Assembly (NCBI GenBank): GCA_023231475.1
Contig: JALJEE010003080.1
Coordinates: forward strand, 1 to 49,089
Reading direction: 5' to 3'
Source of the DNA: Seison nebaliae
Taxonomy: Eukaryota
DNA length: 49,089 bases
Shown: in pieces, positions 37,491 through 47,240 of the stretch
How positions within the stretch are numbered: the stretch's first letter is position 1
Layout of the letters: each line of letters begins with the position of its first letter
Position numbers and translations under genes: made by a program
Notes under the pieces: model-generated
The model's input: only the letters and a program-made list of their open reading frames with translations
What the model was told of the DNA's origin: nothing
Database searches by the model: none

Positions 37491-38849
37491 TTATTTTTTC
37501 TCGGTTTCGAGTTCCAGTACAACGGCGTCAACAACTTCATTTTTCAACATTTCGCTCATTTCACCAATATTATCAATCTTGAATGAATGTTGATCGTTCA
37601 TCAATACCCAACCTTCAACCCTGCGGTTAATGGAAAACGTATGTACTGATCCTTTGATTACGAAATAATTATAAAAATTTACATTAAAAAGTGCATTGCA
37701 CATCGCATGAAAATACTTTATATGTTTCCCAATATAGTTTTTGAAATCATCAAAATTTCTCATCAAACGCATATTTGTATAAACGTTCATTTTTTTGAAA
37801 AAGTTTTGGGTACACTGACGAACTGATTGAGATGGATTCTTCGTCTGAATGAAATCCTTTGGTAATGCTACGTACTCATCTTGAATAAAAAATGAAGCGG
37901 CTTTCAATTGATAATTTGAATCTCCGTTTGCAGTCGGAAATGAATAATATAGATTGTCATTATTATTAATTTTCGGCAACGATAATCTTTGTCCTTGAAC
38001 ATAAACTTTGAAGCTTGGTGGTGGAATTTCGTCCACTTGAAAATCTTTAACACGGTCCAAAAAAGAGACAAAATTAATATAAGTCATTTCATGAAATCGC
38101 ATCTGATGTTGAGGTGCAAAACCCAAATGAATAACTTTCGGTATTATTTTCTTTTCTGTTAAGTCTTTCCGAATATTGCCGATTATTTCTTCTCCGACTA
38201 CGGCGTAATAATTTGGTCGGAAAGGTGTGACATCAATTGGGTCATGTTTAACATTGTCTATTTTTAATTCCATATTCAAAACCTCGATTGTTGGGTAATA
38301 ATTGAAATTATAAGACCTATCTACACCCTCCACCATTTGTACCATAATCATATCTGAAATTAACCTATGAAGACGTTCGCTGGTGGGAACGGTTGTAATT
38401 GTATTTTCTTTTACTAGAACTCCCATGACATTCGGATTTATTCTCATATTTCTTTTGTCCTCCGCCGTAAAATATTTAGATAGAACATAATCTCCCACTA
38501 AGCCATAGGCTCCTCTATGCTTTTGGTTGTTCATTGTATCACAAACACCTTTAATTAATATATCCGAAACTTCTTGTTCTTTATTTTTGCCATTAAGCTG
38601 TCTGACATAATGTTCAAGGTTTTCTATGTCCTGAAGAACATCTCTTGGACAAGTCATATATTTAAGTTGAAGCACCTTCATAAGAGCCCTATTCGACATG
38701 ATCATGGCTAAAGCTACATTTGTTAAACAAACACCAATACATGGATTGTTATAAAATCCAGCTACTTTATGATTAGAACTATCCCCCAAATTGTTGAGGT
38801 ATTCCCATCTTCCAAACATGGACAAATGTTGAAAATAAAAGGAATCCAT
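37491..38849 (-). CDS. Divergent USP-like protease, array copy 2, intronless, 452 aa
   Basis: Colinear paralogue; GFYNNPCIGVCLTNVAL and SVHTFSINRRVEGWVLMND; start set at the conserved MDSF ATG. Confidence 0.72.
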   Translation of the reverse strand: MDSFYFQHLSMFGRWEYLNNLGDSSNHKVAGFYNNPCIGVCLTNVALAMIMSNRALMKVLQLKYMTCPRDVLQDIENLEHYVRQLNGKNKEQEVSDILIKGVCDTMNNQKHRGAYGLVGDYVLSKYFTAEDKRNMRINPNVMGVLVKENTITTVPTSERLHRLISDMIMVQMVEGVDRSYNFNYYPTIEVLNMELKIDNVKHDPIDVTPFRPNYYAVVGEEIIGNIRKDLTEKKIIPKVIHLGFAPQHQMRFHEMTYINFVSFLDRVKDFQVDEIPPPSFKVYVQGQRLSLPKINNNDNLYYSFPTANGDSNYQLKAASFFIQDEYVALPKDFIQTKNPSQSVRQCTQNFFKKMNVYTNMRLMRNFDDFKNYIGKHIKYFHAMCNALFNVNFYNYFVIKGSVHTFSINRRVEGWVLMNDQHSFKIDNIGEMSEMLKNEVVDAVVLELETEKK

Positions 38850-39490
38850 TAAAGGGTACACAAAAAATAACGCTAACACAAAAAATAAACAAGTAAAAAA
38901 AAAGTTTGATTCATTCCATTTTTGTTATTCAATCTTTTTGCCTGTCAGAAAAAATCTTAAAATAATGTTAATTTTATCTCTATAATTGTATTTTCGATTA
39001 TCGATGATGTTAAGTTATTATTTGTCTGTTTAAATACAATCCCAATATCGGTAATTTATGAAAAAGGAAACATGTCACCGAAATATTTGACGAGACCTGC
39101 AGAAATGTTGTTGTTGTGATGAGTCCACGAACAAGTGAGATGTCTGGAACAAAGATACTCGATATGTGCTCATGCTTGAACTTTATCACTATATATTTCT
39201 GGCATCAGTTAAATATGAGGAGTATGCCACTTGTTCTCCTGTTTACAATACCTTAATAATTTTCTTGGTCTCTAGCAATGATTCTTTGTTTATTGGTCAG
39301 TCAGACTATGGTATTTCTTCGACTGTTGACGAAAATATTATTTTCTATGGATTGTAAACAAATAATTGTATCGAATCGGAAGATAAAAGACTTATTTAAA
39401 ATATTGTCTGTTAATGAACAAACTGTAGGGTAATAGAAAAAAAGTTGAAAAATTACGACGGTAGTCGGTAAAAATTTATCTTTTTCTTCC

Positions 39491-40311
39491 TCATTCAATT
39501 TCCAATACAACGGCGTCGAGCATTTCATTTTTCAACATTTCCGTTATTTGTCCAATGTAATCAATCTTGAAGGAATGTTGATCGTTCATCAATACCCAAT
39601 CTTCACCTTTTTGATTAATGGAAAACGAATGTATTTCTTGATGGGATACGTGGGATTTATAAAAATTTACATCTAAAGCCGCACCGCATATCGCATTAAA
39701 ATGTGTAAGATAGTTCTGAAAGTATAACGTGAAATTACCCCCCAGAACATTATAATACATCTCTTTTTTAAAAAATTATCGTTACATCGACGATGAAACG
39801 GAGTATATCGCATTGTCTGCTGTTCCAGATCTTCTGCGGATGTTATATATTCATGCATAATAACGAATGAAGTAGCTTTTAACTGGTAACATGAATTACC
39901 ATTTTCAGTTGGAAATCTATAAGAAAGAGCACTCCTAACATTTATTTTCGGCAAGGTGAATTTTTGTTCTTGAAAATACACTTTAAAGTTTGGAGGTGGG
40001 TAATCTGTTGGTTTAAGATGTTTAATACCGTCCAAAAATTCAGCCAAACTATGATAGGTCGATTCATGAATTCTCATTCTTTCTGTAGATGCAAAAGACA
40101 AATGGATAATTTTAGGTGTTATTTTCTTATGTGTTAAATCTGTCCCAATATTTGTCATTCTTTCTAATCCGATAACGTGATAATAATCATATTTGAAAGG
40201 CTTTATCTCAATTGGATCATATAGAACATTGTTGATTTTTAATTCTATATTCAAAACTTCGATTGCGGGGTAATAAATGAACTCATAAAAAATACCGTGA
40301 CTCTCTGCCAT
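39491..40311 (-). pseudogene. USP-like array copy 3: N-terminal ~170 codons (Cys box) deleted, frameshift near 39760
   Basis: ORFs 39673-40311 and 39491-39760 align to the middle and C-terminus of the paralogues; frame shifts at AAAAAGAGATG (DNFLKKR / MYYNVLG vs NKFLRKRETYANILG). Confidence 0.85.
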
Positions 40312-40798
40312 TAGTAACTTATTTTTAGAAAGGTTTTATTTAATTCCAATTTTTTACTTATTCTTTAATAGGGAAATTTTGTCAAGAATGTTAGTTCCAA
40401 GTTTATATTTATACGAACTGGCCGTTACATTACAGGACAAACGATATGACAATACAGTGTACAAACTAGATATAAAACTTCTGGTTACCTAAAGGAATTA
40501 TTATTAATATTATTTATTAATTAAAATTCCCGTGGGGATAAATTAGGAAAAAAGATTTTTAAAAATTTCCAAAGTCTTCACCGTTAATTCTGTGAGTATC
40601 TTGCTCAATCCCAAAACGAATCTCATTCATTTCATCGACGTTCTCAGAGTTTTGAGATATCAGATTACGAAATAGACGATATCTTTATAATAGTTCTTTA
40701 ATCTCAACAATCGCGGAGTTATGATAAAAAAAATTTATTGAAAAAGTGAGAAAAAGAAAGGAAAAAATTCAAATTCAGGAATGTTGTTGAATGTTCTA

Positions 40799-42163
40799 CT
40801 ACTCTATTTTTTTCTTATTATCCATTTCCAACACAACGGCATCAAGTACTTCGTTTTTTAGCAGTTCAGTAATGTGGCCAATGTAATCAATCTTGAAAGA
40901 ATGTTGATCGTTCATCAATACCCAACCTTCACCTCTTCGATTAATAGAAAAACTATGTATTCCTTCTTCTCTTACGAAAGTTTTATAAAAGTTTACATCG
41001 AAAACTGCATTGCACATCGCATAAAAATACTTAATATATTTCGCGGTATAACTGTTGAAAAAATCAAGATTTTTCAAATCGCCCATATTAACATACATAT
41101 CCATTTTTTTGAAAAAGTTTTGGATACATTGACGAACTGATGGAGATGAATTCTCCATCTCAATGAAATCCTTTGGGAATGCTACGTACTCTTCTTGAAT
41201 AAAAAAAGAAGCGGCTTTTAATTGATAATTTGAATCTCCGTTTGCAGTCGGAAATGAATAATATAGATTGTCATTATTATTAATTTTTGGCAATGTGAAT
41301 ATTTGTGCTTGAATATGAACTTTAAAATTTGGTGGCGGAAATTTTTCCACTTCAAGATCTTTAACACCGTCCAAAAAAGAGGCAAAATTAGTATAAGTCA
41401 TTTCATGAATTCTCATATGATGTTGAGGTGCAAAACCCAAATGAATAACTTTGGGTGTTATTTTCTTTTCTGTTAAGTCTTTCCGAATATTATCTATTGT
41501 TTCTTGTCCGATATCGGCGTAATAACCCGGTTGGAAAGATGTGACATCAATTGGGTCATGTTTAACATTCTCTGTTTCTAATTCTATATTCAAAACTTCG
41601 ATTGTTGGGTAATAAGCAAACTCATAAAAATCACCAAAACCCTCTACCAATTGTATCATAATCATATCCGCGATTAACATATGTAAACGGTCGCTAGACG
41701 AAACAGCATTAACTGATTTTTCTCTTATGATAAGTCCTACAACATTCGGATTTATTCTCATATGTCTTTTTTCATCCGCTGTAAAGTGTTTCGATATAAC
41801 ATAATCTCCCATCAAACCATAGGCCCCTTTATGTCGTTGGTTATCCATAGTTTCACAAACACCTTTAATTAATATATCTGAAATTTCTTGTTTTTTAGGT
41901 TTCCCATTAAGTTGTCTAAAATAATGTTCAAGGTTATCTATATCTTGATGGACATTTCTAGGACAACTTGCAAATTTACGGTTAAGTACTTTCATGAGAA
42001 CAGTATTCGACATGATCATGGCTAAAGCCACATTAGCTAAACAAACTCCAATACATCCATCGTTGTAAAATCCTGCAATTTTATTATGAGAATTGTCACC
42101 CAAATTGTTGAGGTATTTCCATCTCTCAAGCATGGGTAAATGTTGAAAATAAAAAGAATCCAT
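40799..42163 (-). CDS. Divergent USP-like protease, array copy 4, intronless, 454 aa
   Basis: GFYNDGCIGVCLANVAL and GIHSFSINRRGEGWVLMND; start set at the conserved MDSF ATG. Confidence 0.72.
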   Translation of the reverse strand: MDSFYFQHLPMLERWKYLNNLGDNSHNKIAGFYNDGCIGVCLANVALAMIMSNTVLMKVLNRKFASCPRNVHQDIDNLEHYFRQLNGKPKKQEISDILIKGVCETMDNQRHKGAYGLMGDYVISKHFTADEKRHMRINPNVVGLIIREKSVNAVSSSDRLHMLIADMIMIQLVEGFGDFYEFAYYPTIEVLNIELETENVKHDPIDVTSFQPGYYADIGQETIDNIRKDLTEKKITPKVIHLGFAPQHHMRIHEMTYTNFASFLDGVKDLEVEKFPPPNFKVHIQAQIFTLPKINNNDNLYYSFPTANGDSNYQLKAASFFIQEEYVAFPKDFIEMENSSPSVRQCIQNFFKKMDMYVNMGDLKNLDFFNSYTAKYIKYFYAMCNAVFDVNFYKTFVREEGIHSFSINRRGEGWVLMNDQHSFKIDYIGHITELLKNEVLDAVVLEMDNKKKIE

Positions 42164-42252
42164 TTGAGATAAAAGACAAAAAAACCTTTGGTTAGATTTC
42201 GGTTCAATCAAGTTTTTACCCTTCAAGTAATATCGTTTTATAAATTATAATT

Positions 42253-42443
42253 CAGTCAAGTGGGGCAATTTAATGGGCATAACATGAATCATCTAACCAG
42301 AAATACTACCATGTAGAACTTCTAATGCTCTATCTAATGATATATAAATATATAGAAAATAAGTTTGAAAAATCTCAGTTTAAACAAGCTTTAAGAGTTT
42401 TTTCCCAATTTGTCCCACTTTGCTAAATTGCCCCACTTGCCAG
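42253..42443. mobile_element. ~190-bp MITE, probably Tc1/mariner-pogo type
   Basis: Perfect 16-bp inverted repeat CAAGTGGGGCAATTTA (42257-42272) / TAAATTGCCCCACTTG (42424-42439), 18/20 to the termini; subterminal motif copy at ~42407-42421; TA on right flank, TT on left. Confidence 0.7.
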
Positions 42444-42728
42444 TAATAATGAAATTGACATCTGGAGATAACCTGACTGCCCATAAATCTTTTAAAAATA
42501 AACTGTTATAATCTCTGTTGGCCTGTATATTTTGAAACAAATCTATTAATTAATAATAATAATATTAAATTGTTATAGTTAAACTAAATCATACAAATGT
42601 TCAAATGTTTATTATCATAAATCCAAAACATCAATCTTTATGCATCAATATTCTTTTTTGAACTAAATTCTGTCATAAATTAATACAGAAACTTTTTTTG
42701 ATAAGTTCCGAAATTAATAATTTATTAA

Positions 42729-43270
42729 TTATTCAATATTATTATTTTCGATTTCTACATTCTCATTAATTTCTAACACAACAGCATCAAGTACTTCGTT
42801 TTTTAACATTTCGGTAATTTGAGTAATTTTAACTCTTTGAATCATGGAAAACGTCTTCTGACGTATAAAAGTTGGGGTACGTCAGGATTTATTTTCATCC
42901 TCATTTTTGTGCTCTGGTCGAAATATTTCGACATACAATAATCTCCATACAAACCATACCGATTTTTATGTGTTTGGACCATATGTGGTTATGTGACCAT
43001 ACAAATCTGTTTTATTAATATATTCGAAATTTCTTCTTCTTTAGATTTGCCTTCAAGTTCCCTCGTATAATGTTCATGGTTATCTATGTCTCGAAGAACG
43101 TTTTTGGGACTTGCTGTAAAATAACATGTAAGATCATTCATGAGCGTCACATTCGACATCATCATGGAGAATATAAGATTGGTTAAACAAATTTCGATTG
43201 TTGTAAAATCCTGCAACTTTTTGATTAGTAATATCTCCTGTATGGTTGAGAAATCATCTCTTAAGCATGA
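42729..43270 (-). pseudogene. USP-like array copy 5: decayed, large internal deletion
   Basis: Frameshifted remnants KVAGFYNN / ICLTNLIFSMMMSN / YGLYGDYCMSKYF / KINPDV jump to TFSM..QITEMLKNEVLDAVVLE; stops and frameshifts present. Confidence 0.85.
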
Positions 43271-43485
43271 GTAAACAAAAGTACAAAGATGTTGGAAACT
43301 TTTTATTCATTCTAGGTTTGTTTTCTAAATTTTCCACTTGGCAAAAAATGTTTAAAAGAATAATATTTATTTATATTTTAAATATGACTTTACCGTCTAT
43401 GAGTCCATTTGTTACTACGATCTATTTTCCAAATTATCTTTCAACAAACAAAAATTAAATTCTGAATATAGTTTATTTGTGAATA

Positions 43486-45084
43486 TCAATCCCAAATATC
43501 ATAAAAAATTTCATTAAAAACATTATAATAAATTTGATTACAATTATAAAGTTTTACCTTTTCAATTCTTTTCTTGTAAATTTTCTTCATTTCAATTCGA
43601 TGATGTAACACAATTCCTTCCGTTTTCGGAATGTTTTTTCCCCAAATCCCATTCCTTAAATGAGGGAGATTATTCGAAATATTCGTAAATTGGTCAAAAG
43701 TTTTCCTTATTTTCGATTCATAATTCACTTCATTGTGAGTGGATAATGCAAAAATATTAGGCGTTAGACAAACGTATTTTTGCTGACCATGATCTGGTGG
43801 TATATCAAAAATGAGAGGACGTAAATATCGATGACCTTTGAAAGAAGAATTTTTCATTAAATTCTCAAACTTATTTAATTTTTGTAATAATTGTTCAAAA
43901 TGTTTTCGGCAAAATGAACGATTTGGTAAGTCGAGAGATAATTGGATCGTTACAAAATTACTTAACTTCAATGAAACGGACATTTTGAGAAAATCGTTAA
44001 TTCTCGATAAATTGGTTAATGTGTCATATATTAACTTTGTATCTGTTGATGTTAATAAAAGATTTGCATCGAACTTTATGCAACGACGTTCGTGATGAGT
44101 GGAATATTTTTGGAAATTTTGGTGGAAGAAATCGGTTAGATTGAAATTAGGTTCATTTGTTCTCACAATTATTTCATCTGGGTCATGCATAATAAATGAT
44201 CGACATTCATATTTGTGCAATGAAAAACAATAATCAACTCCAATAATTTTTGCGATTTCAAAATGTAAATAATAATTGAATTGGAGATAATGAAAAATAA
44301 GTTTCGTTCGATTTTTCTTCATTTTCATTCCCAACATCTTCTTCATTAAATTAATAAGCGAATCATCTTTCTCGTAACAATTGATAACGATCAATGAGAT
44401 ATTCTTCGACATATAATAATAAAGATGAGTAACAATATCATGTACATCACCTACATCATTCAAAATGATCGGCGACGTACAATAGCAGATGTTGTGCACA
44501 AACATTTCATTCTGATTTGTCCATGACAATAATTTTCTAATTCCAATATTATTTAATCGTAAATTTTTTACGAAAGACGTTTTATCAATAAAAACGTCGA
44601 TTCTAATCCATTTGGATTTGTAGAAAGATGGGAAAATGTTTCGTTTAAAATAACATTCGAATTCAAAAATTGATTTCCTCAAATCATTTCTTTGTTCGAT
44701 CTTATTCACATGACCTGGCACTTCGATAAGAATCTCATTAAAATATTTAATTGTACAACTGCATTGAACTGGTGAATAAGACATTGGATCGATAATTTCG
44801 ATATACATTAATCGATATAAACAATAATCTTCATTTAAACCGAAAATATTCTTATGGAAACATTGAAGAAGGGAAGTTGTTATTTCAACTTTTATACTCT
44901 TTTGAATTGGAAGATCATCAAGATGGAATTCGTTTAAAACTTCAGATGATGATTGAATTGTATCATGATGATTTACCAATAATAAAATATTGATTATGAT
45001 GATGATTGAAAGAATGATAAATTTGAATTTTTTTCCTAATAATTTCCATCGTTTATAACGACAATAAATTAGACATCTCATCAT
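43486..45084 (-). CDS. Type II membrane glycosyltransferase, GT92/DUF23-like, intronless
   Basis: N-terminal signal anchor FIILSIIIIINILLLV; CYCTSP, DYCFSLHKYECRSFIMHDPDEII (DxDE), QKYVC..P......H, VLHHR. Confidence 0.65.
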   Translation of the reverse strand: MMRCLIYCRYKRWKLLGKKFKFIILSIIIIINILLLVNHHDTIQSSSEVLNEFHLDDLPIQKSIKVEITTSLLQCFHKNIFGLNEDYCLYRLMYIEIIDPMSYSPVQCSCTIKYFNEILIEVPGHVNKIEQRNDLRKSIFEFECYFKRNIFPSFYKSKWIRIDVFIDKTSFVKNLRLNNIGIRKLLSWTNQNEMFVHNICYCTSPIILNDVGDVHDIVTHLYYYMSKNISLIVINCYEKDDSLINLMKKMLGMKMKKNRTKLIFHYLQFNYYLHFEIAKIIGVDYCFSLHKYECRSFIMHDPDEIIVRTNEPNFNLTDFFHQNFQKYSTHHERRCIKFDANLLLTSTDTKLIYDTLTNLSRINDFLKMSVSLKLSNFVTIQLSLDLPNRSFCRKHFEQLLQKLNKFENLMKNSSFKGHRYLRPLIFDIPPDHGQQKYVCLTPNIFALSTHNEVNYESKIRKTFDQFTNISNNLPHLRNGIWGKNIPKTEGIVLHHRIEMKKIYKKRIEKVKLYNCNQIYYNVFNEIFYDIWD

Positions 45085-45254
45085 ATCAAGAATTTTATAT
45101 AGAATTTTTTAGATTAATTCGAAAGAAATCGATAACAAAAATAATTGTGATGAATTAATAATGCACCGTTTCCATGACGATAATATGAGGAAAATTCAAA
45201 TTTAATTTTAAGGATTATAAATAAAGTGGAAATATACAAGAAATGTTTTTATGT

Positions 45255-46323
45255 TTACAATATAAATTTTCTTCGATCGATTTCCATGTCATGACGTTTG
45301 AGTAAGAATTCATATTCACCAAATTTCGAATCGAATGTTCCTTTCTGTAGTGATTGAAGTCTCATGGTAAATCGGGGACCTAATTCCATCAAATCCGCTT
45401 TCTTCTCCCCCTCGAACTGATAACGATGATGACGGAAGAAGATAAAATCTCGTTGATTATGGAATGTGCACACTCGTCGATATCGGAATGACGGATCTTG
45501 TGGAAACATGGTGGCGAGAAACCGTCCAACTTGTAATCCCAATCGAGTCGACATATTATTAATTATCATTTCAGGTCGATGTGTCAACCAATTACAATTT
45601 TTTGTTTTTTCATGAATTCGACTCATTTCGCTCGTGATTTTCGTTGATTGAATTTTGAATCGAGCAGTCGGTCCATCAGGTAATCGAGAGATTAACATTG
45701 AATTTGGTTTCTCATTATTCTCATCAATCAAAACCAAATGAGTAAAACCAACTGCTGCTGCTCTGGGAACCATCTTAGATGATAATAAAATTTAAAAAAA
45801 ATTAAAAATAAAAAACTTTTTTTATATCGAATCCTCTTCGATTAACATATTTACAATTATAAAATGCTTTAGAAATCTCTCGACAGAATGTTCGTGTTCG
45901 ATGATTAGCTCGTTTTTTTGTCATGACTAATAATTTCGGATCTTTCGCTTTGTCTAATGTGAGGAAATCAGCCATTTCATCAACTTTCATTCCTGATAAT
46001 AAATCATCATCATTATCAAAATTTTCTTCATCATCTTCTGATGATTTTTCTTTTTTATTCAATTCTTCACTTTCTTCCATTTTCTCCTCGTCATTCGTTT
46101 CTGGAACAACGGTTTTTGATCGAACGACAGTTCCAATCATAGTTTCATCTGTCGTTCTTTGATTTTCTATGGTTTTGGGAACGGGACGTTCTTCAACTTC
46201 CTCTCCTTTTGCAACATGTTCAGCATCTCGTTTTTTCCGATCGATTCGTCGTTGATGTTTCTCTTTCTTTTTTTGTAGTTGTATTTCCAATTCATCACGA
46301 CGATTCCGACGACTTTTCACCAT
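45255..46323 (-). CDS. RPF1: Ribosome production factor 1 (Brix domain), 2 exons
   Basis: VPKTIENQRT.DET, LPDGPTARFK, TFHNQRDFIFFRHHRY, ELGPRFTMRL..LQKGTFDSKFGEYE, RRKFIL; intron 45774-45816. Confidence 0.95.
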
Positions 46324-46463
46324 ATTGATGAAATCTGTTGATGAAATTGAAAGAAAGAAATCTGGACAGAAAGAAAATAATTTGATTTAAATAATTTTAA
46401 GTCGAATATTTTAATTAAATTTAAAGAATTTGCGAACAAAAACATAATTAAAAAATTTCAATG

Positions 46464-47240
46464 TTAATCGTCATTTCTGGATTTCTTTGAACCACGAACT
46501 CGTCCTGTTCTTCTCGCCGCAATCAAACCAACCTTTCTACCTGGTGGTGCATCACGACGTACTGTCGATGCGTAACCGATATGTTGATGATTACCACCAC
46601 CAAATGGATGCTCTACTGGATTCATAGCAACACCACGAACTTTCGGCCATGAATTTCTCTTCACTTTATATTTGTGATAGGCTCGACCAGCTTTCAAAAT
46701 CGGTTTATCGATACGTCCACCACCTGCCACAATTCCAACCATTGCTCGATTGTTAGAATGGAGTGTCTTCTTCGATCCAGAAGGGAGACGAACTTTTGTT
46801 TTTTTCTGATCAACATTATGAGAAACGATCGTACAATAATTACCAGAAGTTTTCGCAATTTTTCCTCGATCTCCCGATTTCTCTTCCATTTGACAAACGA
46901 CAGTACCTTCAGGTAAATTACCGACGGGAAGAATATTTCCGATTGCTAATTTCGCCTTTCTTCCACAATAAATAAATTGACCGGTGTACATACCTTCAGT
47001 GGCAACCATCAATTCTTTCTTTATTCCATATTTGTACATATTCCGGAAATGAATACGAGCCAATGGTGCACCTCGACCCGGATCATGAATTATCTCTTTC
47101 ACAATTCCCTTCAAATAACCTTGACGTTCCGAAAAATCTAAGGGACGCATCTTAGCCGCACCTTTTCGATGTTTTGTATGCGAACGAAAAACGATACTCT
47201 TCGAGTTACCTTTACGCTGTGAACGAATTACGCGACCCAT
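46464..47240 (-). CDS. RPL8: 60S ribosomal protein L8 (uL2), CDS intronless
   Basis: [60 protein letters not shown]. Confidence 0.99.
   Translation of the reverse strand: MGRVIRSQRKGNSKSIVFRSHTKHRKGAAKMRPLDFSERQGYLKGIVKEIIHDPGRGAPLARIHFRNMYKYGIKKELMVATEGMYTGQFIYCGRKAKLAIGNILPVGNLPEGTVVCQMEEKSGDRGKIAKTSGNYCTIVSHNVDQKKTKVRLPSGSKKTLHSNNRAMVGIVAGGGRIDKPILKAGRAYHKYKVKRNSWPKVRGVAMNPVEHPFGGGNHQHIGYASTVRRDAPPGRKVGLIAARRTGRVRGSKKSRNDD

Noticed and set aside
38850..38915. Hydrophobic N-terminal extensions (signal peptide) on array copies 2 and 4 in the ORF track
   Set aside because: They begin at GTG/TTG; copy 1 has an in-frame TAA immediately before the shared MD[PS]F ATG; copy 2 would need a homopolymer indel to reach an ATG.
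39043..39090. Minimal hammerhead-like layout: CGGT..TTTATGA..GAAACATGTC-ACCG with flanking stem
   Set aside because: Core CTGATGA reads TTTATGA (essential G5 lost), stem I is out of register by 2 nt and stem II is absent; at best a dead relic, possibly chance.
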